A stretch of DNA of 63,992 nucleotides, filler included, from Circinaria calcarea (Eukaryota): assembly GCA_051942165.1 (NCBI GenBank). It is 3 parts of 3 records of this genome, joined end to end, with 100 filler letters (N's around TTAATTAATTAA, not from the genome) between each part and the next. Parts side by side here need not be neighbours in the genome. Positions count along the whole stretch, not along the records: positions 1 to 23,007 come from JAVECS010000124.1; 2 more parts are not named here. One strand, 5' to 3'. Each line of letters opens with the position of its first letter. Within the stretch, counting starts at the first letter, position 1. The notes beneath the pieces are model-generated. The model was not told the origin of the DNA and made no database searches. It saw only the letters and a list, made by a program, of their open reading frames with translations. This document shows, piece by piece, positions 1-11,906 of this stretch. The translations under genes were made by a program, and so were the position numbers.

Positions 1-805
1 CCCATATCCACTCCCCTCCCCGGCAGCAGTAAATTCTCCTTTCCCCCGAAATGCTGATCGCTGCATTTCACTGCTACACCCCCCATCACCGCCGCGCTCA
101 ATTCTACCTCCTCCGTCGCATCGGCCGGCCATACCGGCACCGCTTGCCCGTATAGTCGAAACCTCGCAATCCCGCCGTCCGGATACATGCACAGCCGCAC
201 GTGCGTGACTATTTGCTCCTGGCCGCTCACAGCCCAGGCCTGCCGTTGGCTCGCACCACACTCCCTCCTCCCCAGCACCTCCTGCCACCCGGTGAAGCCT
301 TCTTTCCCCACCTCCTCATCGGCACCTTCGCCGGGTTCAAAGCATCCCTGGACGCTGATCAGCGGTGCTTGGTTGCCGTTGAAGAATGCGGTATCGATCT
401 CCACCCCGCGAACTACCCCGCTCGCGACGCCCAGACGGATGACGACCCAGTCGAACGGGGCCGGGTTGTGGCGGCGCGTCTCCCAGCCATCGTACCAAGC
501 GCCGGTGGAGACGTAGACACCGGGGTGGTGGATGGGAGGCTTGGGATTGGTGAGGGAGGAGGCGGGCGCAAAGAATTCGTCGGAAAAGGAAAGAATGCGG
601 GAATTGAGGGAGGAGGATATGAGATCTGGAAAGGGTTTCGCGGTCAATCGGACGGTGATGGTGTAGAAGGATAAAGGAGGTTCGATGGTGGTTTACCTAT
701 GCAGTCGGAACCGAACGTGCTGGTGATGGCTTCCGAGGCAATAGAGTCAGCCGGTGGTTGAGACGCAGGTTGGACGAGCTCGGGGGAGTGGGTTTGAACA
801 TCCAT
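1..805 (-). CDS. DAL2: Allantoicase (3' part runs off the window); exons 805-697 and 625-<1
   Basis: Manual minus-strand translation: MDVQTHSPELVQ..., GTAAAC...CAG intron 696-626, then SFSDEFFAPA...AWYDGWETRRHN...DWVVIRLG...EIDTAFFNGN...HVRLCMYPDGGIARFRLYG...CSDQHFG...LLLPGRGVDMG. These are diagnostic allantoicase repeat motifs. Not in the ORF track. Confidence 0.95.
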
Positions 806-1190
806 TGTTGATGATAGGAGGTTTGGATGTTAAAGAAGTACGACTCATCTAGAGATCCTTGATCTTATCGTCGTGGGCGGGAAGTTCACCTCGAGGTTCA
901 TGCTGCAACGGTGGAGATCAACCAATTATCAGAGTGCTGGGAAAAGGCACGAATATTACCAAACATCCTGGTCATCAGTGCAGACGGTTGTGTCTGCTAT
1001 TATAGAACCATTCAATGCACGAATGACCGTAGAGTTTTCTAGTACATGTAACTAATATACACTTCCCTATTTCCTATGTGGCAGTCACTGAGCGGCATCA
1101 TCCGTGCTCCGTATATTATACAATACCACCATAGCATTGCATGTACGCGTCTGATCCATTCCTACATAATGCATAAGCCGTCAAGCGTAG

Positions 1191-3833
1191 TCAATCGTCA
1201 AGACTCTGCTCGTCCCAATTCGACTTTTCGATAAAGTTTCCGCGGCCATTGAGATCTAGCTTTGCTAAAATTTCCGGCGGGATAGTTGGTATGTATTTTC
1301 TCTCCCGTTCCCGATTCAGGCCACCATATCCAGCTCCGTAGCTGATCCGCAAATCGACGGTTGTAGGTAAGGAAAATTGAAGCATATGGGCCGGATCCAT
1401 CAGGAATTGCTCTTCCTCAATTTCGTCCTCGTCCCTTACATCAAGGCCATTGGGCGTGTAGACCGAGGCGGACGAGAGCATCACCGGAAGATCGCCATTG
1501 ATCTGTTTAGGAGTTTGAGGAGGAGTATGTGGTGGTGCCGCTGCTACATCAGGTTGGGGAGACGGAAATACACGCTCCCGCCGAACCATGTCTCGGCGCT
1601 TCTTCGTGTCTGATTGCAAGGCTAGGAGGCGCTTCTTAGCAGACTTGGGCAGTCCCTTCTCGCCTACCTCGCATCTGTAGTTGTTACTTGAATGGACTAG
1701 TTGATAAGGCGTAAGACGTGTAAGTTGCTTTAGTGTATCATCTAACGTTTCGGGATCGTCGCCAAGCGAAGAGAAGCACTGAAGCCACTGAAGCAATTGA
1801 ATGACCGGCGTCAGGTGTTTTCGAGCTGCATCTACCGTACTCTCTCCAGAAGTAGTAAGTGAGCCATTTTCGTAATGCTCAGGCGTCCGGTTGTTGGCTC
1901 GAGCCCAATCCTCCAAAGTCGATACATTCATCCGGATTTGCATCGCTTTTGTTCGCGCCAGATAGGCTTTATTGCACAAAATGTGATTGAATAGTTCTGC
2001 ACCTATCCAGTAGAATAATTGAGCCAGGATTTGTGATGTGATGACTGAGTGAATATCGTAGAGGTCGAGAACGAAGAGGGTTGAGGAAAGGAGAGAGGTA
2101 ATGTTTCGTGGTGAGGGCTGCGCTCTCATATTGGAAGTCTGTGGCCTTACTCCGTGTGTTTCTAACGGCTGCACTTTATTTTTTGATCGAAATATATTCC
2201 AGTCGTTCGCAAAATGAATATCTTCGAAGCCAGGTATGGTCTCATGATCGAGCATAGCCATGTCAAGAACTCTGTCCATTCTTCGTTCTGCATCTCTGAT
2301 AATCAAGATGAAAATCTCATTGATCAGCTCTACTAGTTGTAGCTGAAACTGAGTTGTCGCCTGAACTAGGCCAGCATCTTTCCTCAAGTAATGCAGAAGC
2401 AGTGTAGCATTGGAAATCCAGAACGCAAGCACAGTCATGTCCCACTGGTGGCGTTCAACTTTGGTATTAATCTTTGCCATAGCCGAGGACAGGAGGGTGG
2501 CAAGCAACCCTTGACTTGCATGATAATGTGCATAGCGTGCGCTTAAAAATAGGATATTCGCTGGTATTGGTTTCTGGGTTGGCGAGCGTTGCGGGATCAT
2601 ACTCGTGATGATAATATCTAAGAGTCGGTCAAGTTGGCTCTCTTGAAACACAAACATTTGGTCGTTAAGGCATTTGTCCCAGACGAATGCTTGCTGCTCT
2701 CCTTCATACTCTTCAGGGGACTGAACGATGATAAGTATTTGTAGTGACCACCTACCAACAGACTTACCTCTGGTCGTTCATCCATACCAAGACTCGATAG
2801 GTCAACCTCTAAATTCATTGAACTCTCCATCATCATACGGCGCTTCATCTCGTTCTCCTCCATTTCCTGTTCGAATCTGTCTTGAGAGAATCCACCGTCA
2901 TAGAAATCATCCCCAACCCCTACGTTCCCAATGTGGTAGCCACTTTCATTCAGGTAGTTTGACATCTCGCTATTGGGAGCAGCAAAGTCAAACGCTGTTC
3001 TGCCAGAAGATGATCTGACTTCGGGAGAGGCTCCATGGTCCAGTAGGATTTTCGCAATGTCCTTGTGTCGGTTTGTCATAGCCCACATCAGAGCGGTCCA
3101 CTGATTCCTATCCTGCCGATCCACCTGTGCACTGGCATCAAGCAAGGTCAAGACAACATCCTGGTGACCCTGGCTTCGGATAAGCAGAACGTTCTCCCAT
3201 TCATATTGATGCAAGAGCTCACAAAACAGCTTGCGTATATCAATGGTGCCGTACCCTCCTCATCGGCTCCGTTGACATCGATATACCGCTTCGCTTCGCC
3301 ATTTACTAGTCGCTTGACACGCTCAACGTCACCATTACTAGCAGCCATATGTAAGGATGCTTGTAATATCGCCTTCTTCTCTCCGTCGGAGAGCTTCTCG
3401 TCTGCGGCGATAGAGTCCTCGTCTCCCGCCGCGAATTCGTCTCTTCGATGTGCTGTTTGAGCTTGTAGCATTTCAACTAATCGGGTATCACTGTCTTCGA
3501 TCTGGAGGCTAAAGCCGTCGGTGCCGTAAGGAGTCTCATCCAGGGACAGGTTGAAGGTAAGTGGCGATGCGGGTATTGGGTTGGTCAAAAAGTGTGACTG
3601 GCCTGGACTCCCTGTCAGCCCCTTCCCTGCTATTTGTGTTGGTGATATCAGTGGGAGGCTCACCCTCCCTCGTCCATACCTTGCCAGGCATCCCATATCT
3701 CCGTCTCACCACCGTAACTGCGGACGGGCCTCCGGTCATTTAATGATGTGGGCAAGTCGTGCGGAAGCATTCGCGGATGCACGGTTTCCTCAAAGGCATC
3801 GTCTTCGTCCTGTCGGGATTCCCCAATGTCCAT
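1191..3833 (-). CDS. Ankyrin-repeat + DIL (dilute) domain protein, multi-exon
   Basis: ATG at 3833 (MDIGESRQ). Ankyrin repeats (LHMAASNGD, TAPLIYASCF, WTALMWAMTN) in ORFs 3148-3696 and 2618-3214. DIL-type C-terminal region (FWISNATLLLHYL, QLFYWIGAELFN, MQIRMNVSTLEDWAR) in ORF 1191-2657. Joined by GT-AG introns. Confidence 0.88.
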
Positions 3834-4053
3834 CTTAGCCAGGAGATCTGAATCATGAGTCTCAGGCCACACAAAGACCATAAGCGGTGTGATCCAAAGT
3901 AAGTCTCTCAAACTGGGGTTGCGGGAGCCTGCAAGTGCTAATGGCCGTTGTGATGCAAAGCCAGATCCAGAAGACGCAATGGTCCCAGGCAAGGCCTTTT
4001 GATCGAGATCCGGCCACGAATCCGGGGACAGAGCAGACACAAGAATATATTGG

Positions 4054-4293
4054 AATGCCCTGAAACGAAGAATGACCGTAATTACTCGCTAAACATTCCC
4101 CTCTAGATTTGTGGGGACCGCTCCAACGCTGGTGTGGTCCCATACCCGAATCCTAGGCTGGAAGGGTCAGTAACTACGGCTGGGGGTAGTCCATGGTTGC
4201 AATGTTTTTGGCCAAGCGCGTGAGTGGAAGGGGTGATTATCGGCGCGAGATTTTCCGAACCGAACCAAAACTTTGCGGTGTTCGCACTGTAGT
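4054..4293. repeat. Copy 1 of a dispersed duplication (copy 2 at 46625-46711)
   Basis: 4054-4069 AATGCCCTGAAACGAA is identical to 46625-46640. 4223-4293 matches 46641-46711 at 59/71 nt, including a perfect 24-mer GAGATTTTCCGAACCGAACCAAAA. Confidence 0.85.
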
Positions 4294-4554
4294 GGCGGCC
4301 GAGGGGGCTAAAGTGGAAAGAGGGACTCGGGGATTTCAAGGTTCCATATATACGTATAGCAGAGCAGAATAGCAGTGGAGCAGCAGCATTAGATTCTATT
4401 ACTACACGACCTTTATATGCGCATTGCACTGTCGCAGTCAGTTCGTGCCCTATACCCTCGGAGTCTTCACTATTCAGGGCGTCGATACCCAATCTCGACT
4501 GCGTCTTTTGCCTATACCTTAGGAGCATAGCGGAGCGCCCTGTTTCCTTCACAC

Positions 4555-6319
4555 TTAGCTATTTTTTAAATCGAGCACACGCTCGTATGACGTAATATTT
4601 GTTGTTAATGGAATATCCTGCTCCGTTCCAGAAACCTGCCACGCTGTACGCCGATATATCCTAGCCAGAATCATATCTGTTTTCGTCAGCTCCTGAGAGG
4701 GAATTTGATATTAATTTAATAGGAAAAATAATCGCCTACCAATATGCAGATGAAAGTAATCCATAACTGGTGGTATCCAAACCGTGAGAGCTACGATCTG
4801 CCCGAATGTCCATGTTTGAAGGTCAATTAAACCCAAGCGTATACAGGTAAAAAACATCACATTTTGATAGATTATACTGGCGAAGAAAACCACAGAGACA
4901 AAGCTGTACGCAGCGAAGCCTTGAGACACATGGTGGAGATATTCTTGAACGGTTGCGACGGAGGAGTCTGTCCACGGTCTAGGCAGCTGCCTTAGCATAT
5001 TTCGGCCTTTTTCCGTAGAGTAGATTTTCAATACGGTGAGGACAAGCAGGACGCCCGTGGACCACGTCCAAATCCACGGCGCAGCTCGAATTGAAGTCCA
5101 CGTAGCACTGCCAATCTTCTGAATCAAAAATGCGGGCGGACTATCATCCTGAAACTGCAGGCAAAGCCCGATTCCCGTAAGGCCGCCGCATGATTCAATG
5201 CCTCCTAACGAATGATAGGCCGACGCACCCAATGCCGTGCCCTTGCCCCGGATACTATTGAGGTAGTTGATGACCGCCCAGAAGATGATGGAGTTAAGCA
5301 AGTAGCTCACGATGGTCAGGAACAATATATACCATGAGGGGATTTGGTTGAAGAATAAGATTGTCAGACTGAAAATCTGCGGCAGGAAGCCGTTTGTCGA
5401 GACAGGGAGAAGGCTGAAGCCGTTTAAGGGGTCGGTGGTAAAGGGGTTTGCGTGTAAAGCTGCAATAGCTAAAGAAATGCTGAAAAAACATTGTGCGGCA
5501 AGGAAACCGGAGATACCCTGCAGGATGCTGTCGCGCGATTCAGATGAACCATGCGTTGGTGAGTGACGACTACGCCTCCGGATAATGAAGCTGTTGGCGG
5601 CTAAGATGATCAAGCAGAGAAGAATGAGGAACGACTGGATGACATATGACGCAGATACCTATTCGATTCAGTCCATCGTTCAGCCCAAGGAATACGTTAA
5701 TAAGTCTTACGCCAACCCCAACGATATCCTGGTTTCCGAAGGGCAAACCTTCGATGTTCAAACACGTTGCCTGGATACACTCTCGAGTTCCGGCCAATTG
5801 CGGGTTGATACGACTCTGTAAAAGATTGACAGGCGCACACTGCCTGGCACAGAGTTCCGGCTTTCTTGAGTGCGCGCACGTGTCTGACCAGCACTGAACC
5901 GATGCAGCTGCAACGGCGAGGAGATCCTTTTCATTGGGGTTGGCAAAGTATTTCTCAAACTTGCTCAAATCCTCTAGGGGCGGGATTTTTTTGGCAATCG
6001 CCAGAGAGATATTTGCCAAGCCTGCGCAGAGCGGCCACAGCGTGACATTAGGCGGAGTGCCATAAGCAGTCTGGTTGGTAAATGTGATCTCATCAGGTAT
6101 AGGTGCATAAAGTCGTTCGAGGTCTTGACAGTCTGCAAAGCAACTTCCGGAGGGACATAGTTCATGGAATGGTTGATTGGCAAACTGGGTTGAGTTCAAG
6201 CATCGAACATCGCGCTTGGTAAGCTGGCAGAAGAATTGCTCTTTCTTCACCTCAAATATGCCCGTCGGAGCGATACTGGTGGTACCGAAAGTGTGATCAA
6301 CATCATCGACAGCGCTCAT
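4555..6319 (-). CDS. Uncharacterised fungal multi-pass membrane protein with Cys-rich N-terminal region
   Basis: ORF 5570-6352 (Cys-rich, ends GNQDIVGVGV) and ORF 4711-5613 (several hydrophobic helices, WTFGQIVALTVWIPP) are linked by introns. Last intron is ~4739-4677 and stop TAA is 4557-4555. Start codon uncertain. Confidence 0.7.
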
Positions 6320-6633
6320 GATAAAGGTACCCGTGAGCGCTTGCAGCCACAAGGGCAGGGATCGAACAGGGCTTGCTCTTGATCCGTCGGGCTATAGGGG
6401 CCAGTTAGAAGCACACCGAGATGTGCGCTGCTATTGTACAAGCTTCCTTCGTCTGATATAAATTAGCATTCGGTATACCATACTCTAATTCAAGTCCCAC
6501 CATTACCGTGTATCAAGTGCCAAAGCACCGCGCTGAAGATAACGAGTAAAAACTTATACCAAGTACACGAAGGATATATCGTTCTAAGGTATCTTGGAAG
6601 GTTGGTGGTCTGTCTGTACCTATATGATGTCCC

Positions 6634-6759
6634 TTAAGCTGTCCTTCTGGCGGAATGAACCGTGCCACCTCAGCCCCTAGGCTATGCCAGCCTGGCTTGA
6701 CCAATCCTGGCCGTGTACCCAAGCAACGCAAGGTTCATTCCGCCAGAGGGACAGCTTAA
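6634..6759. mobile_element. MITE (~120 bp) with long TIRs, flanked by TTAA (or TA) target duplication
   Basis: TTAAGCTGTCCTTCTGGCGGAATGAACC (6634-6661) and GGTTCATTCCGCCAGAGGGACAGCTTAA (6732-6759) form a 27/28 inverted match around a 70-bp spacer. Confidence 0.8.
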
Positions 6760-6798
6760 TTAAATGATACAAATGACAAGGGGTTGCGGATTCGCCTG

Positions 6799-7786
6799 GG
6801 GGCGTTTCTAAAACTCAGCGGTATTGAAATTTTTTAATACAATGCCAAGCTCCGCCACCAAATTAGTACTATATAATTTAGAAAAATTGGTTCAGAATTT
6901 CATGTGTATCATATTCGTAGTAGAAATTGTATAAAATTTAAATATCTGCATTGAAGCTACCTACTAAGTTATATATAATAAGCCCGTTAATGGCTTTCAC
7001 CCCGTTTCTTCCGTCCCCCTGATCTTCCATTTCCTCCTAATTATCGTAGTTTTCTACTCTATTCCACCCAGTCCTCTCTTCTTCCTCCTCCTCCTCCTCC
7101 TCCTCCTCCTCCTCCTCCTTCTTCTTCTGCTTCGCCGTCAATGCCTGAGCGGCTTCCTCCAACGCGTAGTAACGAGATTTGAGGTCATCCAAGACCTCCA
7201 GTATCTAGTAAACAGCGGAGGTTAGCAAGTGCATTATAGAGGAACGGAGTACTTACATTTAGCCGCCTTTTAACTGGCGCTTCTACCTCCTGGTAGAACT
7301 CCTTCGTGGAGTATGTTTTCGTCGCTAATTCGTAAAGCTCGAAGCTGCGTTCTTCGAACATAAAAGTGTAAATGTTCTGTGTCTTATCGCTGAATGGCCC
7401 CCGAAGAGCCGTTTATGAGGTCGGACGTGTTCGTAAGGGAGGTCCCACCAGCGGAAGAAGAGGCAGTCGCATATCAGGTTGTCGCCTTTAAGTTCGCGGG
7501 GTTCCGCGAGCGCGTCGTCGAGCTAAAAAAAGTCGATGGCTATAGCCTCGATATCTTCTGGGATAGCATCAAGTATGGCAGACAATCTGGTATATGAAAA
7601 TTGGGCGCGGAGGGTTTCGACGGCGACAGCGAAGGCGACTAGGCAGCGGCGAGGTCAATGAAAGAACGCGTCTGTGAAGGAATTAGTTCGTTTACTGTTG
7701 GAATATTGGTGGCGTTGTTTAGGTTGTTGGTGGCTTGCAGTAGACTGGTATTAAAAATTTTGTACCGCTAAGTCTTAGAAACACCT
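6799..7786 (-). mobile_element. Degenerate non-autonomous Mutator-like (MULE) element with SWIM zinc-finger remnant
   Basis: Imperfect TIRs GGCGTTTCTAAAACTCAGCGGTA (6801-6823) and rc of 7763-7785 match 20/23, all differences transitions. Degenerate 9-bp TSD ATTCGCCTG (6790-6798) / ACTCCCCTG (7787-7795). Minus-strand frame with stops reads ICDCLFFRWWDLPYEHV (SWIM CxC..LPCxH with C>Y). Confidence 0.7.
7078..7128. repeat. (CCT/CTT)n microsatellite, poly-Glu on the minus strand, inside the MULE relic
   Basis: Directly visible trinucleotide run. Confidence 0.9.
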
Positions 7787-8215
7787 ACTCCCCTGTCCAT
7801 TGACTAGCTTCATCGGGATATATTCAACCTCCATGCTGTCGAGGCGGGTGAGCGGAAGACCAAAAAAGTAATATGGTCCTGGAGCCACTCATGACATAAA
7901 AATTGTAGCTCCTCGAATAATACGAGACATTGAATGTCTAAAAATTCGGTTTAAGAGACTCGATCTATATGGTAACGACGCCGGAGGAAGGAGCACCCCA
8001 TATACACTGACTGTCTTTGACCGGCAACGACTTTTGCGCCCCAGCCTTGTTTGTAAGATTCCCTCTCAGTATTATCCGAGACCATTATTCATTGTCGCTC
8101 CCATTATTTCTCTCACTCTGGCACTGAATAAGTATGCAGGTACTTTTTATGACATATAACTATCTCTTGTACAGAAATTGATTATCCCAAAACCCTGCGG
8201 TAATCCCTCGTTATT

Positions 8216-11113
8216 ATGACCTCCATAAATATCGGTCTCCTCTCAGGAGATTCAAACCCCGGATACTACTCTTCCGGGACAAAAATATATCAGTTGAACA
8301 AGCATGAGGAGACGAGAAACATCACAAGTGATAGTGAGAAGAGAGTAAAGGAGACTACCAATCAAGTTGTCAGAGAGGGCAACTACGAGCCTTCCAACCA
8401 TCGCCAGGAGTCATGGCTGGACGACAGCAAAACGTTTCCGCTGTGTTTTCGGAAACGAAAGTTCGAGAACTCCAAGATCAGAAGGCTCGCGTACCTCCTT
8501 GGGGCGACTATGCTTACAGTTACCGCATATCTTCGAGGTTGGTCCTTCTGATTAACACAAGCCCTCCACTTACCAGTGCTAGCCAAGAAATACAGCCATC
8601 TGCAGCCGGAGTCCACCTCCATATGTGTAACCCCTGGTTGCGTTCTGGCTGCGTCAGAGATACTTCGTAACATCTCGCCGAATCATAATCAGATTAACCC
8701 TTGTACCGATTTTAGAAAGTTTGCCTGCGAAGGCTGGGACCTAGCACACGATCTTCGAGAAGACCAGTATGATCTATTCACCGGGATTATCATGCAGGAG
8801 AATTCGCAATCACTGCTTCGTCATATCTTAGAATCTCCGTTTGCGGAAACCCTTCCTACCAGAGGGGAATTTTCTATCATAGACGAGGAGAATTTCTACA
8901 AATTGCAAGATGCATACAATGCTTGCCTAGACGAATCTAAAATCAGGGCTCAGGGTTCTGGTCCTTTACTTGATATTCTACGCAGGATTGAAGAGTTATA
9001 TCCAGCCAGGAGACCCACACAAAGCCACAGTCTTAAAAAAACTTTCACTATCCGAACAGAGAAAAGTTTGAGCTATGTTGAAGAGGGTGCCTTATCCGAA
9101 ATCCTAGCTTATCTCAGTAATATAGGAGTGGCGGCCATGGTTGCACTCGACATACAAGTAAGGGTTCATTATCCCTAATGCGGCTGAAGCTAAACATTAA
9201 TAGGCAGACGATAGAGATCCTGATGCCACTGTACTAACTTTAAATGCCGTGCGCCCTCCAGGATTGCCTTCTAAGGAATATTACAAAGACAAGAACTTGA
9301 CACGAACTTATGCAGAGACTATTGGTCAAGTACTTGAGAATTTACTCCGTGAAGCTCGAACTGCCAGTAGGATCCCTGAAAACTTAGCAGGAGGTGCACC
9401 TGCGTGGGATATAAGGAGTGGCGAACTGGTTCAGTCACTGGTAGAATTTGAATCAAAACTTGCGGACGCTATGCCTGACTTGGAGGATGCTGAAGACGTA
9501 ACCAAATACTACAACCCACGCACGCTTGAGGAAATCCATGCGCTTCTTCCACAAGTCTCAATTCAATACATCATCTCCAAGCAGGCGCCCAATTTCTTAC
9601 CTAAGAAGATCATCGTCGGATCACCATCTTACCTGACCGCGCTATCTGATCTCCTTGGGAGCAACTCAAGGGAGACGATTCAAGCTTATTTGGTATGGAA
9701 GACCGTACAGACCTATGGTTTCCATATCGAAGATGACGCCGTTAAGCCACTTCGGAGATTCGAGAACGGACTCCTAGGCAAGGATCCGGATGTGAAGGAA
9801 GAACGATGGAGGACATGTGTCCAACATGTCAACTATAATCTTGGTGGGTAGCCAAGGTTCACATCCTAGATACAGATAGCTAAGTGAAGATAGGCTGGAT
9901 CCTTAGCAGGTTTTATACCGAGAGAGCGTTTTCAAAAGCTGCCAAAGAGTTCGGAGATCGTATCATCTATGACATCAAGGATCAATTTATCAGAAAACTA
10001 AACGCAACCCCATGGATGAGCGAAGATGTGCGGCAGCTTGGAATAGAGAAAGGTACTTCCCCTTCTATTGATAGCCCTGTCTGAACCATTTGGGCTTGTA
10101 ACTGATCTGATTACGGAATTACCAGTACACAATATCATACAGAAGATTGGCTACCCAACCAAAAGCCCCGACATTAGAGATCCTGCCGCACTCCGGGACT
10201 ATTACGCTGCTGTCAATATCACGGACTCCAATTTCTTCGATAATGCGCTATCAATGGCTCAAGGTCGTGTGACCCGGATGTGGGCTAAGGCCGGAAAACC
10301 AACCGACAGAGACAGGTGGGCTATTTCTGTGCCGACAGTCAATGTGTGTCCTCTCGCACCAAACGGGGAACTGTAGAGGCTAAGTCGGTAACCATCTAGG
10401 CATACTACAATCCAGCTGGTAATGAAATAGTGTTTCCCGCTGCTATCATGCAGTCGCCTGCTTTCTATGACCCGACGATACCGCAATACTTGAGTTATGG
10501 GGCCTTTGGCTCTGTAGCAGGGCATGAATTGTCACATGGTAGGTACATTCCCTATTATTTCGTCGGCGTCACCTAATAAATTAGCATTCGACTCCAATGG
10601 CCGACATTACGACCAGCGAGGTAACTATACGGGATGGTGGGATCAGTCGACCATTAAGGCATTCGAAGACAGAGCAGATTGTTTCGTTGGCCAATACCAT
10701 AACTTTAGCGTACCTGGTCCCGATGGTAAGCCTTTGCACGTCAACGGCCGCCTTACGCTGGGTGAAAATATCGCCGATGCTGGTGGCGTGAGTGCTTCTT
10801 TTGCAGCCTGGAAAAGGCGGGAAGCAGCGCATCCGGCTGAACTCCTGCCCGGCCTCCAACATTTCCGCAAGGAGCAGCTGTTCTTCATGTCGTATGGAAA
10901 CTGGTGGTGTGGAAAAACCAGACCCGAGACGCAGGTAAATCGGATATATATCGATCCTCACTCGCCGACTTTCGCTCGCATCCTGGTAAGGCTCGACTTT
11001 TATTCACCTGATCCAAGGCGCTGAGAATTCAATAGGGTACAATGGCAAATTCCCGCGACTTTAAAGAAAGCTTCAATTGTCCCCAAAAGGAGCCGACTTG
11101 CGAAATGTGGTGA
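8216..11113 (+). CDS. Neprilysin/endothelin-converting-enzyme-like M13 metallopeptidase, multi-exon
   Basis: N-terminal TM anchor, CVTPGCV..PCTDFRKFACEGW, VNA/YYNPAGNEIVFPAAIMQ, HELSH zinc motif (~10524-10538), TLGENIAD, DPHSP, C-terminal ...CEMW* (TGA 11111-11113). Start codon uncertain. Confidence 0.92.
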
Positions 11114-11906
11114 CCAATGGAATTTGATGAGACTTTAAGACACCGCCGCGACGACGAGGGATCTAAAACACTCGAGGCGATCAGCCCACCCGGCCCAAGA
11201 CATAGTTTAGATCCGTACATAATCTAGGATAGCAGCCGGTGGTTACCTTAATGATCTGTTCTCCTCTTCCCAAAATTCAATGTGACATTTTACATGTTTA
11301 GGTAAGTATGCCCGGTGACCTGCAGTACTCCGTAAAGGGTTAGTCGGCCGGACTAGAGTGCATCATTTCAAGGTCTGGGTAGGAAGCTTTCCCCGGATTA
11401 TTGTAAATGGTGTTAGCGTGAGGGTTGGCCAAGTGCTGGATAAGGTACGCGACCCAAACCACGTTGGATGCTTTGGAACAAGACGCTGTTCTATCGAGGC
11501 TGTCCTCCGTCTCCGGTTGCCATTCTCGCTCTTGTACGGATTTCAGAGCGTATGCATTGAGCCTTTGGGTACTTCTAGTTGTTGCGACAAAGCCGAATCG
11601 GGACTGGTGGCCCGTCTTCCACTAGGTTAGCTGCCGAGCTACCAGTAGATTCATAGTTCGGGGGAGGCTGGTTCTTAGGGACCGCGGCCTTCCTTCTTAC
11701 TTCCCGTTCAGCTTCAACGACGCAGTCATTCCTCTCCCTTTCCGCCCTTTCCGCCCTTTCCGTTGGATCAATCGATGCTATTCGGACCTTCATCACTCGC
11801 GCCTGCTATCTCACCATCAAGGAACGTGAATTTCATCGTGTCTTCACCCTAACATTCATTTGCGCCTGCCGGATACTGCCAACCCAAGTCTCCTTCGATT
11901 CTCAAG

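Noticed and set aside
187..674. Plus-strand ORFs 187-516 and 201-674
   Set aside because: Antisense shadows of the allantoicase CDS.
8134..8219. Spliced uORF overlapping the M13 peptidase ATG
   Set aside because: Would need a 35-nt intron, shorter than any other inferred here.
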